Below, piece by piece: positions 26,801-40,300 of a DNA stretch of 64,000 nt (positions within the stretch are counted from its first letter, which is position 1; each line of letters opens with the position of its first letter). A program made the translations under genes and the position numbers. The notes below the pieces were generated by a model. That model saw only the letters and a program-made list of their open reading frames with translations. It was not told the DNA's origin and did not search any database. Source of the DNA: Eutreptiella sp. 'Long Island Sound 2002' (lineage: Eukaryota > Protista > Euglenida); contig OZ038379.1 of assembly GCA_964036045.1 (NCBI GenBank), forward strand, positions 31,992,001-32,056,000, read 5' to 3'.

Positions 26801-29800
26801 TGGTGTTCGCAACTCCCACTTCTTGTGCGCCATAGGCCGCTTGAGTTTGGGGACATCCCGCCATACATCTCTCTTTCTTGTGTGTGTATGAGGGAACGTG
26901 AGTGCTCCGTGCCAAAATCCCTCCAATCAACCGAATACCAACCACTATCCAAACTTCCTCATGTTGGGGAACCGAGAAGGTAGGTTTACGCAGCCTCTTT
27001 GATTCCTCTCTGCTTTGGAGACTCTACGAAGACAAGGGTTACACAGCCATTTTGATTCCTCCCTGCTTTGGGGACTTGAGAAGGCAAGGGTTAAGCAGCC
27101 ACATGAGCATTTGGCATGGCAGTCAAAGTCATTTGCATAGTCAATCTGTATTCTGTTGCCTTTCACACAATTTTCTATTCCCAGGCAGGTCTCCTACCTC
27201 TCTTATGGACTATGGGAACACGTTCCCCTTCATGTTTAGAAGGCTACTAATGGAAGGAACGCAGCTGGTGGAGGGGCTGAGGTTCAAGGCTGAGGTTGCA
27301 GAGTGTGCTGCCAAAAGGTCAAAGGCCAAAAATTTGTGGAGAATGTAAGGGAAAATCTTGCGCAAAGTGTATTGACTCACAGATCTGGGGACAAAACTGT
27401 TTATTAGGCACAACACATGCCACATTTGTTATACAAAGGGAATTCACAGATTTTGGTTTTGTGTTGTGTGCCCTGTTGGGAACGGTTTGGGGCTGTTGGG
27501 GCCCAAGCAGGAGACGAGGTCAACTGTTGAGACAAAGGTATTGTGTTTTCGACCAATGTGCTGATTGGGGATTGCAATGAGGCATAGAGGATGGGACTGC
27601 AGATGGGGAGCTGGATCTACCAGAATGGAGGATCGGGGTGGGGATGGGGATGGGGATGGGGATCGGTTACATGTGGTGCCGTGGATGAGAAGGAAGGGGG
27701 ACGGAGGCTGGGAACGGAGATGTGGATCGGGATGCAAGACTGGGATGCCAATACGAATGTCCGAATCCGAATATGGAGATGCGGATAGTGGGGATACCCT
27801 GGATGAGGAGGGAGGTGGAATGGGGATGGAGAATGGAATGGAGATGGGGATTGAGGGTGGGGATGGAGAATGGGGAACAGGGGGCTGGAGATGCAGAAGG
27901 GCATGGCGACGGGATGGGGAGGTGGAACCCTCCGCTCACATCGCACCCCGGTGTTCTGCGCACCTCCTTCCAGCTGCAGCGCCTGCTGCCCGCCAGTTCA
28001 TCCTGGTGTTTCGCCCAGGCCCCAGCGCAAAAGAAATCCGGTCTGTTTGACGATGATTCTGACGACGAGGGCGCCCCATTTGCAGCCGCACCGCTTGCGA
28101 CACCGGAGCGCTCGCAACTGCTGCCCGGTGACAAGGAGGTCTGCCCCGGTCCCCGCCGCAAGCCCTTTGTTAGGCAGCTGCCCCTGCAGCAAGTGCCACA
28201 GCCCTGTTTCTGAGCCGTGTGGTCCTTCCGCACCCGTGCCCTGCGACCCGCGGGTCGGAGATTCACATATTTTCCATCATAAGTCGCGTGCGCTGGGTAT
28301 TGGAATCGGCAAGGACGCCTCATGGTTTGTGCAACGCCAGCACTTCACTACGCCTTACTGCAGCCGCGCGTTGTGAATGCGAAGGAGGCCAGGAGGGAGA
28401 ATGCCCAGACGGTCCAGACATTGGGAGCGGACAAAGCTGCTGCACATGCACGCGGCGGTGGACCTGTCGATTTGCTCAGACCAAAAATGGAGGGGCTTCC
28501 GCAGGTGTGTGAGGAAAGATACATTCCGCTGTAATGCCTGGGATTTGCGCTCCAGCCCATCAGCAACGCAGGAAAAGGTCTGCTGGCAGACCATAAGCGT
28601 GCAGCACTGCATCACGGCACCGGGGCACAGATCCTCCCCTTGGGAAACTGCCACGAGCGTTTAACATGTGCATGTATTGGGGCCCAAAACAGGCAAAGCT
28701 GTTGTGCATATTCGGCACCATGCAAATGTTTTGTGCGAGTGTTAGAAATATGTGGTCAATGTGGACGCAGCCTCTGGAAGGCAGACAGAACCGCGCCCCA
28801 GCAGCTTCTGGTACCACTCGGAAGCACATGACGGATTTCAGTTGCTGTTTTGGTTCCTCAGGTTCCTCAATTTGTTTCTGTGCCCGAGAAGGGGCAGCGC
28901 AGGAAGGGGAAGGACTGTGAGTCGCTTGTTTCTGGCTGCCATTCAGGGCCAGAATCAGAATCAACAAAAAGTCTGTGTGTCTCCAATATGCACCGGGAGG
29001 CACATAGAACGCACAATGTTGTGCTTTGCACAGCTGCAGTGAGCAAAAGCCCCATTTTTGGGTGAGGCTGGACTGCAAGTGGATGAACTTCGGACAGGGG
29101 TGTCAATGATGCCGTCCCTCCCTTGACTGGGGTCTGTGATCCGCCGTCAGTGTCACTAAGGCTCGAGCTCTGCTGCTGCTGGCCCTTGAGCTGCTGCTCG
29201 CCCCCCGCCCCCCACACGAGACCATTTGGGGGCTGTGGTTGTGGCATTGGCATCCCTGATTCTTGCATTGTGCGTTGAGGGGAGGCGGCCAGGGAAGTGT
29301 TACAATGGCCAATGGGGTAACCTCCCTTGGAACCCCCCCCTCCTCCCCTTCTAATGTGCAATCGAACACAGAAAATTTGTGGAGGTGAAAAAATCGTTTT
29401 GGCGGCCTACCCCCTCTGTCGAGCCCCCCCGTTGTCCATCCCCCTAACCCCTAACCCCCTCGCCAGCTCTCAACTCCCTTCCCAACTTCTATTCAACATG
29501 AGATCACGTCAAACACAGTGAAGGGCACATCAGCCAAGGTAGTTACAGGAGGGCGCACTTTGTGGCAGGCTATCGGTTGGCCATGGTCCAGACCCCTGGG
29601 TCCCTGTCCCACACAAAACTGCATGTCCTATCCCCAACATATCTTTGAACAAGTACCGCATTTCCGTTCCTGAGGGAGAGTTAGCGTCTTTATTTGGTGG
29701 CCAGGGCGATCCGTCGTGCACAGCTAAGAATTCAAGTCCCTGACAGGGCAGTAGGTGAATGTTCATGTTCAATTGGGTTTTTTTGAGGGACGTACGCATG

Positions 29801-31308
29801 GTTGCAATGCCTACCACAATCCTAGGGTCTGCACATGCCTCCAAGAATCAGCCAGCATCCAAAAGCCTGCAGGATTGAACAACAAGCTTCCACAAGCCTC
29901 TCAGCATTGACAAGAAGCATCCAGCAGCCTACAGCAATTACAACCAGCATCCAAAAGCTTCCAGAGACTTGCTGCAGACACTAAGGAGCCACCAGGAAAT
30001 AATGGTCAGCATCCAAAAGCCCCCAGGATTGAACAGGAAGTATCCACAAATCCCTAGGCACAAACACAACATTTCCACAAGCCGCCAAGGATGCGCAGCA
30101 GGCACCAGCATGTGTGTACGGGGCAGGGGTGCATGGACCAAATTGTCGTACCTTGAGGCCCTAAGCGATGCTATTCAACCAGAAAGATGTCTCCATGAGC
30201 TCGGTACACAGACAATGTGACAATCGATTTCCTCACTTTTTTGTGGATCGAACAAGGGCTGTACCTCGTACTTCTCAGTAGAACAATTCGAGATTTTGGT
30301 TCACGTCCAATTTTTCGTTCTGGACCCCCCCCCCCCCCTCCCTGATTGGTCAGAGTGGGACGGTGGCTCCACTAAACGAGATGTCTTCCATGATGATCCC
30401 CCGAGACCCAATGTGGACACACACTGGACAACCCGTCTTTCGATGTGAATGCGTGTGATTTTCACGGTCGTGGTACGCAATCTACAACCATTGCAGGGGC
30501 TGTGTCACTGCGATTTGTAGTGAGAGCGTGGCTCATGGTGTGCGCCAGTCGGGCACTGTAACGGAAGGCTCCCACATCTTTTGCTGCCGACAGCAAATGC
30601 GTTCCCCCTTGCCAGTCGATGCTTCAATGGCGCAATTGCATATTTTCCTGGGTTTGGCCCTTGATTTATGGTGTGCACTGTCGGGGGCCAACCCCGACGG
30701 TGCAAACCCGACCCAACCCCAACACCCGTGCAACCCAATGTGCTCTGCATTTTGCCTCAGGATTCACCAGAAAACCAGCCGTTGAAGTCTAAGAAGCCTG
30801 GCCTTTTCGACTCCGACAGCGATGATGACCCCTTTCCCGCCCCCAAACACAAGAATGCGCCCCGTCCCCGGCACTTGACGGAGCTGTCCTGTGCCACGCC
30901 TCAGGACTCCCCGGCCGCAGTGCACGCGCCTGCCCCATCGGCCAAGCCCAACGCTCCGTCAGACTCCGATGATGAAGGCCATCCCATGAACACGCCCTCG
31001 GCCCCACTGACCATGGCAGACCTGAAGGGGCCGGCCCCGAGCAGTGTGAAGGCGCCAGTGTTTGCGGGCTCCGCGCCGGGGATGACGCGGGGGCAGATCA
31101 AGCCCAAAGGCCTGTTCGACTCCGACTCCGACTCCGACTCCGACGACAACCCGCATGTACAACACGCGGCCACAGCCCCTTCAGCCGTGTCCCTTGTGTG
31201 CCCCAACGCTGCTCCTCCTGTCAGCCCTGACCAGCCACGCTTCGCTGAGCCATCACATGAGGCACCCGATCGCAAGCCCGAGGTATACTGAGCACAACGT
31301 GCCTTATG

Positions 31309-31350
<42 letters not shown>

Positions 31351-34300
31351 CGACGCCGTTCTCCCTGTGGCACGTAGTGCAGTCACTTCCCCCCACTTTC
31401 ATCCCCTCTGCACACATAAGCCACTGGACACGCATGTAGAGCGATGGTACGTGTACAGGTACGCCGTGGGGGGCTGGAGGGATCGCGAGGTTGTGAGGGT
31501 TGGGGCGGGGGGCAGGCGTTGATCAAGTGGTGGTGGTTGGGGGCGGGGGGGGCAGGAAGAGGAGGAAGGCCAGGATGGTGAGCAACCTAATCAGCCCGGA
31601 GGATATTACTCTGTATGGTGTCGCGAGGGTTTATACTTGACCTACGGCCTCAGGTGCCATGAACGTCATGCGAGAGGTAGAGTTGCGGGGGGTGCCGTAA
31701 TGCTTGTGCCGCGGCCAAGCTCCTGCTGAGTATCCAAGGGTGATAGACATACCCCGTGGAGGCCAGGGATCGTCGCTGCAACCCAGCGACCCGCGGGTAT
31801 TACTGCGGGTATTACGGGGGCCACGCAGTTGGCTTTGTGATTTTTGGATTGGATCTTTGCTCTGTCTAGTTCACAGACCTATTGAATGCTCGCAGGGGAC
31901 ACAACAACAAGAAAGCCATCAGCATTGAAATCAGGTGCATGCCTTGGTGCCTCAGCCACACCCAGACAACTACATTCTCTCACACCCATTCTCCCCTTCT
32001 CCATCTATTTCAAGGTCTAGTGGAACGCCTATGTGATTCCGCAGGTGTTGTGTTCTTTCACATTTTTCGTGGTTCACCATCTTTGTCCCCTTGCCCCCCT
32101 CTGTCCTCTGTGATGCATGTACTGGGGTGCACATTGTACACAGTAGCATCGATGCTGCGGTGGCATGGGGTGTGCAGATGCGTTGCTGCAGCACGAACAT
32201 CTGTGACAATACAATGGCTTCATTATGCAACCTGTGTGCTGCAATGTACCCGGTGGTTGTATTTCACAATGATTGTCTCCGAAACAAGTTGGTTTACCGC
32301 AATGACATCCCTGGCACACCCGGTGTTTGAGCGGAATCAATAATGTGCGTCATCAGGTGTTGGTCTTGCTGCCGACAATTCAGCGGCCGAAGAGGCTTTT
32401 CGCCGACCGTCCACACTTCTCGCAATTTTCGAATTGAGAGACCAATCCCCTAGAATGTGCAGACGTTGCCTTGTTGTTTTCCATCCGCTTGCAATTGCAA
32501 AATCCTTCCCCCGGCACACATTCTGCCATGCACTGCAGGAGCCCCCGAAGGCGGTCGCGCGGGTGCCCAAGCGGTCAGCCCTTTTCAACTCCGATAGTGA
32601 TCACGCCCCCACCCTTGCCACCAAGCCTGAGCCCCCTGCACCCCAATACAGCCCAGCCCAAACCCTGCCATCCCCCAAGGCCGGCTTCACAGAGTCCAAG
32701 TGCCCTAACCTCAGCCCGCCTGCCCCCATTGCCATGGCTGTGCCGTTGGCTAGGCCTGAGGCACTAAGCGTGGTGTAGCGCAAGGGCCTGTTCGAGTCCG
32801 ATGAGGGGCCTCCTACGGCCACGTCCCAGCCCAAGGGCCCACGCGCGGGCATCACGGCCGGAAATACAGGAGATTGATGCAATTGTAAACCTAGGACACC
32901 CTGGGGCGGAGCCCACGATTGAAGGATTGCTAAATTTGGCGGGATGGGGCAGAGCGGACCTCGCACTCCTAGGGGCCCACCCGTCTATGACAGCCAGTGG
33001 GAGCCAGCCGGTCCAGCCAGTGGGAGAGTGCGGAGCCAGGCCCAGCAGTGTGGCCACCAGGGTACCGCATTCAACTGCGATGGTGCACCAAGGAGGCACC
33101 GGAGGACAAGACGCCACAGCCCCGCCAGGGGAGCGGCATGCGGAGCGCGGCTATAGTGCTCGCTGGACAAGATGGAGGTGGAGGATGGCTACCGCCAAAC
33201 CGGACGAAGGCCAACGCAACTTGCTGGGAGTGCCGAGTTGCCTGGGAACACATCAAGCAATATGTGCTACCAACGTTGCGGCAGCGACCACGCATGTCCA
33301 TCTGGGGAGGTCTAGGGGACAAGCTGGAGGTGGCCATGGACTTAAAGTCAGGCTAGGTGCACTTGGTGGTGCAACAGTCAGGCAAGCACGCGTGAGTGGA
33401 ATGCTGGCTGGGCAGACCATCCCCGCCAGACCTTACAACCACAACATTGTTGGTAAATCTCGCGGCAAAGAGACGTGCGACGCCGCTGATGCTCTGGACG
33501 AAGCTACAGGTAGCCTCCTGGTTCGCAGGCCTGCGGTCTGGGGATCGCCCGGGACGTGTGGGAATCTCAATATGGGGCCTGGGCCAGTGGGCCTAGAAAT
33601 ACGCGGCAAGATAGTTGTGGAGCTGGGAGCCAAACTACAACACCCCAAGACCACAGCCCGAGTGTATGGCTATGGCCCCGGATTTGGGCTGAACGCGTGC
33701 GAGGATGGCTCCTATGCCCAGCAGGAGCGACGACAAGCATGCCCCTCTGTGGACGTGAAGCTGACGGACTCCCAACACATGACGCGCACGTGCTTGCATC
33801 GCCCCACTTTCGGGCTCACACAGGATGGAGTTCCGCAGGAATAGGAGCAATCGATCCTCATGGAACGATGCCCGTTTGCAACAGACGGTGTGGGTCAAGT
33901 GCATCACCCAACAGGCGGCGGGGCAGCGCAAGCATGTTGGGCCCGGCACTCGCCTGGTGAGGGGGCCGAGAATGGTAGAGGACAACACGGGCTGGGATCT
34001 GGCACAGCTAGAGCCGTTGAGGGCACCGCAAACCGACGAGGAGGACGGCGGCGACGAGGACATGCACGACACGATCGAGGCATGAGGATGCTACTGGCCT
34101 TCATTGCGTGCATGGCCGCACTAAGGGCCATGATGATGCAGTCTCTTCACCCTGCAGAGGGCTTGGAAGCTCGGCTGCTGTACAGTCTAACATGTGGAGA
34201 CGTCCACCCACAGCTGGGGCCACTCAAAATGGAGTCAATTCATGTCACGTTCCATCGGTGGTACTAGCGGCAAGTCATTAAGTCCAAGGCCGACATCGTA

Positions 34301-37300
34301 TGCGTGCAAGAAACCAGACTAACAGAGTCGGGGCGGCAAGCCATAGCAGCCCTGGCACGCTACATCGGATGGCGAGCACTTTGCCCCCCCCCCCCCCCCC
34401 CGGAAACCAAGGGGGTGCGGGCTGGGATGCAGCTCCGGGTGGAGTGGGTCCTATTCAACCCAAGAGTGGCCCTGCAAGTGGCGAGCAGGAGGCCGGAAGA
34501 CGATGACACCCGTGATCTTTGGCATTCCACCAGATGGCTACACGTGCAAATCGCGTATGCGGAGAGAAAAACTATGCTGAATCTGCAGGTGGTATACGGT
34601 GTGTCCGGGCAGCCCATCGTGAATGCCCAGTTGTGGGGTTGTAGTGATGTAGTACATGGCACGGCTGGGAACTGCACCGCACATGATATGTGCGGATTTC
34701 AACTTTGAGCTCGGCAATGACAACATGATGCCGAAGGAGCTGTTTGCGGCAAAGCGCATGGGCCAACTGGTGGACGTAATGCACAGCAGGGCCCACGCAG
34801 CGAGGGTGAGAGCCGTGCCCTCTTTCTGTGGAGGATAGCGTGAGGGATCGCAAATCGATGGCATCTTGGCAGACCCCAAGGTATTCTCGGCAGTGACCAT
34901 GGCGACGGTACGCCCGATGGACGGGCCGCCGGGCGACTCCCTGATCAGTGCGACACTGGATCTGGATACGACTGCGCAGCGGGTTACCAAGCTGCGAAGG
35001 CCGGCGGACCCAATGGAAACAAGCATGCGCCCAGATCGACAAGTACACATGGGAGGCACCGCACGACGCGGACGACCTCAACGCCTTGTGTGCCACCTGG
35101 ACGTGGGTAGCACAGGAGTACCTCCTAATGATGGAAGATGCGGCGGGCAACACTGCCAAATGGCTACCGCAGCACAGATGGCCCCGCCCTCCAACGATGG
35201 CGCAAGGCGGGTTCCACTCAAAAGTCCGCGGGCGGGGCACAACAAGCACCGGCTTCACGACTAGGCTGTGCCCGAACAAAAAACTGCCGCCAGCGGCACC
35301 CAAGACATGCATCATTCGGCAGCCGGTTGCGGTGCAAGGATTGGTGTGGCAAGTGCAAAGGTGGGCGCGTGGCAGGGAGACGTCCGCCGCACCGGGGGTG
35401 GAACTACGTGTATGGCCGAGGGCCGTCAAACAACAATGGCAAGCGGCGTGCAACAAAATACGGAGCTGGAGTAGCTCAGTGCCCTGCTGCCCAGTGTGCA
35501 GCTTCAAGACCCAAATAAAACCAGCACAATGGAGGACCTCAAGGCTCTCGGGACATCCCTGGACAGAGAAGCACAGCGCATCGCGTGCCGGGAAGAAAAG
35601 GAGAGGGTGCAGGCGTGGAAGAAATGGGCCAAGGAATCGTGCACCCACCGACCCGGAGAAACATACAAATGGGTACGAGACGGCGGGGATACGGTCCTGC
35701 AGATGGTGCAAAAACCAAATGGAGAGCTTACGTGGCACATTGGAGACATGGATGAAGTGATCCGAGGGGCGTGGCACCCGGTCAACCACCGGTATGAGCA
35801 TCGGTCGGAACCATCAGTGGAAATATTCATGCAGCACTACAAGCAGCATATCCGTAGCAAACCCATTCAGGCGCGATACCTGCATGGCCCAGCGCTATCC
35901 GACGTGACGTCTTGGGCTATCCTGTCTGGCCAGACAGCCGTTTTTTCTATTGCTCACAGAAGTTCGGCCAGCTTTTCCCAGTGCAGCATTGGTAGCTGCT
36001 TCAGCAGCTTGATCAACCGTTGGTCCATGCCATTTGCCGTCTTCTCGCCCATCTTTTTGGCTCTGCGGACCCCATAAAACTGAGACCTCTGACCGTCCTG
36101 TCACAAGTGCACTGCATATGGGCGGGACTGCGCATGGAAGATGCGCCGGAGTGGCAAGAGCAATGGGCACACGAGGAATCGTACGCCTTCTGCCCCCACT
36201 GAGGGTCCATGGACGCGGCAGCAGTGCTCATGTTGCTCTTGGAGCCGTCACGGGCCCTAAAAGGCCCGGTGTTCGGGGCGGGCACAAATTATACTAAATG
36301 CTTTGTCTTAACCCCCAAAGCCATCTCTGTAGCCATGCTGGACCTCATGGGAATGGATTGTGGGGTGCTGAATGCTTTTCACTGAATGTACATGCAGCTA
36401 CAACGCAAATTCAAGATCAAGGCCACCAATGGCATCTTGCAGAGGTGCCCGCCGAGTTTCATAGTTATAAATGCGCTAACAACCACTTTGAAGCGCATAA
36501 TAGACGACATCAAGAAACCGGTGGTGGTAGCCACGAAAGGGTTCCTGCCGCCGCCGAAAGAGCTGGAGACACCATCGTGTTGGTGAAAAAGCGTGGGAGC
36601 GGGAGCCGACCAAGCGTGGATATGGCACTGTGAGGTGCCGTGTTGTGGCACGAAAATGGGATGGCTGGTGAACGGGCATGGACAGTTGCCACCGACCCCC
36701 GACCACGGAAGCACATTCGACCCACCGCCCAGGCCGCAACGCAAAAGGGTGGGGCAAGACACGCCAGCGACGCAAGTGTGGGCCCGGCTAGGTCAGACAA
36801 AAATGGCCTCTCTAGCGAGCACGGAGACATCTTGGACATCCCTTCAACTGCCAACTACGCCGACAGCCCGGACACCCAGAATTTCTTGGACTCGCCACAA
36901 TCGCCCGTTAAGCCCCGGGTCCTCTTCAGCCCGTATAGAGTCAGCTCCGTAGGAGAGGACGCTGCACGCATCCATGATGATGAGGACCTGGATGACTCGA
37001 TGGCGCCAGGCACCACGATGGAGATATCAGAAGAGGGGTATGCCGACGACACGTACATGCTAGCACTATGCGCCATGATGCTCATGAGGATGCTACAAGC
37101 AACGGGCCGGTGGGCCAAGCTGACGGGGCAGGAGATAAATGTGGGGAAATCGGTGACTTTCACGGTGCAACACACGGCCAGGGCAACCCAAGAGGCCCAA
37201 AGGGTGCAGCTCAACGGCAAGGCTCTACCGCAACAACATTAATTCCAGCAGCTAGGCATCGGCGTGCGCATGCACCCCAGGAAGTGCACAAGACCACTCC

Positions 37301-40300
37301 TAGCGAAGCGGGTCCCAGAGGCGCAGACGGCCCCGAAGAAGTCGAGGTCGCTACCCCTCGGATTTGATGGCCGGGCGGCCATAGCCGCAGTGATCATCAT
37401 CGCGGCGGTGTTGTACGACATATAACTGGTCAACATCTTGAAGAAGACGGTGTCCGCATTGGAGTCCACAGTCATGTATGCCGTGTGGGGCCCCAGCAGA
37501 CTTTTTCGATCCAAGGAAATTGTCTTTGCCCTCCACGTCCCGGGACACCGCGTGGCGCCGACCATGGTTATCCCATACCGAAGACTGTGCTGGCAAGCAC
37601 AGCAGGCGTGCACGAGAGGCACGCCCCAAACAATCATACAGGCGGTGTGGGAGACCACACCAGCACGAAAGACGACAGGCCCGCTTGGACAGGCGTTGCC
37701 AGAATTCTGCAAGTTGGGATGGCAGCCGCTGTTGGGGTCGTGGAGGTGGAAGTACCCGGGGGGACATGCCCTGATCAACCTGGCGCTGGACTCGCAATCA
37801 TACATGGAACACGTCTTCCGGGAAGCATTGCGCTAGCAACAGTTGCACAAGCTGGAGGCCAGACGGCCCCAACTTTTTGGGGGCATGGACGCCCGCATAC
37901 ACCGGAGCCTCACTAGGTCGCTAACTCACACCGTAGAGTGCGACAATGAGCTGGACAGGGAACTGCTGCGGGGAGCCTTGGCGGGGGCACTGTGGACGGC
38001 AGTCCAAGTTCATGCGAGGGGTCTCAGGCCAACGAACACATGCCCGCACTGCACAGCGGGAGTGCCCGAGGACGAAGAGCACCTACTTTGGTGGTGCAGC
38101 AGTGGACACAGGCCAGGGCACCTTTCATTGCGGACGTCATGCTGTTGGCCACGGGCTTACGGCTGGGATCCATGAGGGACTGGCCACCATGCTTGCGACT
38201 CTGTGGAATCGTGCTGGAGAAGGTGGTGAGAACCACCGGTATGGACTAAGACAATTGCTGGCGCAAGCGCTGCAATGAAGTGTACCGCATTCCGCGGAGC
38301 TGGCTGTTCTTGCCCGAGGACGACTTGGAGCCTAAGAGGCGGGAGGTTCATCGACTAGCAGAGGCCATAGGGGGATAGACACCCGTGGGAAGTTTTCATG
38401 GCGTGCCTGCACGGCATGTTCCTCGTAGTGCTGCGGGCCAGAACACTCAAAGACAACGAGCGTGGATGGTTGTTTCCAATCCACACCCAAAACGACATGC
38501 GGGGCGCTTACCTGTGGTACCTGCACCAGCTCCCGTAGCCGCGCGGGGTACCCTCGGAAACCCCGGTCATCGGACAACTGTCGTGGAGTGGAAGTGGAGT
38601 GGAAGTGGGGACCCGACTTGCTGCCCATGGTGCTATGGTGGCACTCCAAGCTGACCTGGGTGAAACTGCCCCAGATGCACACACACACTCACGCAACAGG
38701 CCCACCCGCCCCATGGCCCCCGACGGCGGGACGAGAGGGATGAAGCGACACAGGGCTGGCAGGACCCAGCAAGCGACAATGCCTAGTGCGCGCAGCGGAA
38801 CGGCATGGCCGTGCGGGCACAAAAGTTACACCCCCCCCCCCCCCAGAGAGGCTCTGGCCTAGGGGAGGGCCGCGTACGGGGGGGAGGAGCCCTCTATCCA
38901 CCCACTGTGATGAACGGAGGTCCATATGCGGGCAGCCCCCTCCTTTTTCAATGCAGGCGGCCCATAGACCCATGCAGGTCTTCCTCTTTAATATGGCATC
39001 CCCCCCCGCCTCACACACACACACACACACACGTGTGCGAGCACGCACATGCACACAGCTTGCGGCAGTTTTTTGGGAGGAGGCACAGGGGAGCCGACCC
39101 CTCGGTTAGGACGCGAAGTGCCCCCCCCCCCCCCTGGCCCCTTGAGTTGTCCCCTTGTTTGGCGACCCCCGAGAACGCAGGGGTTACGTAGCAATTCCGC
39201 CCACTTTTGGGCCCTCGAGAAGGGAGGGGTGATGTAGCCACTTTTGATTTTATCCCCTTGTTCGGAGTTTTGACCGGCAACCATGGCCCCGGACCCCATT
39301 GGTGACCTCACCTCCCCTTAAGCCATACAGGCTCTCTGGCCATAATCATTGTATTTGTGCGGTTGCTTTTGCTGATATTCGCCGCTTTCAGCAAATTTTA
39401 AATTTAAATCTACAGCAAGCCTCCAGATGCTGTAGCAGGCCAGGCTCGTAGCCTTCGGTATGGGCAACCGTTGGCAACTATGCTCCGGAGTTTCGACCGG
39501 CAGCCGTGGCCCCATCCCTTATCCCCGCCCCCAACCTTGCTCTTAACCCATGCAGCTCTTTAAATGGGACAATGATATTTGTGATTTGAACAGCCCAGGC
39601 AACGGAGAGCATTGATATGTGGCGGGTAGGAACGTATTGTAGCCTGGCGCCATGTGGTCCAGTGCCACCGTTCCAAGTTGCTTCATGCAGTGCCTTAGTA
39701 CTTCTGCTTCAGGCCCTCTTTTTCATTTACACTGGCTAACTTGGGTGCTGCATGGCACCCCCCCCCCCCCCTTAGGATTAGGCTGGGTGCCCTTTAGGGG
39801 TGGCCACTGGGGATTCCATGGCAACCCGTCACCCGGCGTCTCGTCGGTAGGCCGCTACGAGGGGGGTGGTACGGAACTCACCCATCTACATATTCATTTC
39901 TTCAGGAGTGTTTGTGGTTGCTTTTGCAAGTAGCCAATGCAAAATGGATGCATGTCTCCTTCTACTAACCTCCTAACCCTAACCCTACCTCAGCTAGCTG
40001 GTGGAACCACCTAGGTTTTATAACCCTCTTTAGTGTCTGGGGGTTGGGCCCAGGGCCAGGATTGGTATTGGGGTACACTGATGTGGCTATTGGCAGCCAT
40101 GGACAAAAATTTACTTCAATCTCCTTTGGTCAACATGGATCGTCGGGCGCTTTGGCACCCATGGACTCATGAGGCCGGTGCCTTTGGCAACTGGCTGTTG
40201 GTTGGAGGCCCCCTCATGGGTGAGGGGGGGGGGGGGCTCCGCATTGTAGGACCGGCAGAGCTGCCCTCCTGTGGAGAGGAGGGTGTAGTGGTACAATTCT

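Noticed and set aside
27600-27930. Gly/Trp/Met-rich ORFs
   Set aside because: Produced by degenerate GGGATG simple repeats in intron K-L.
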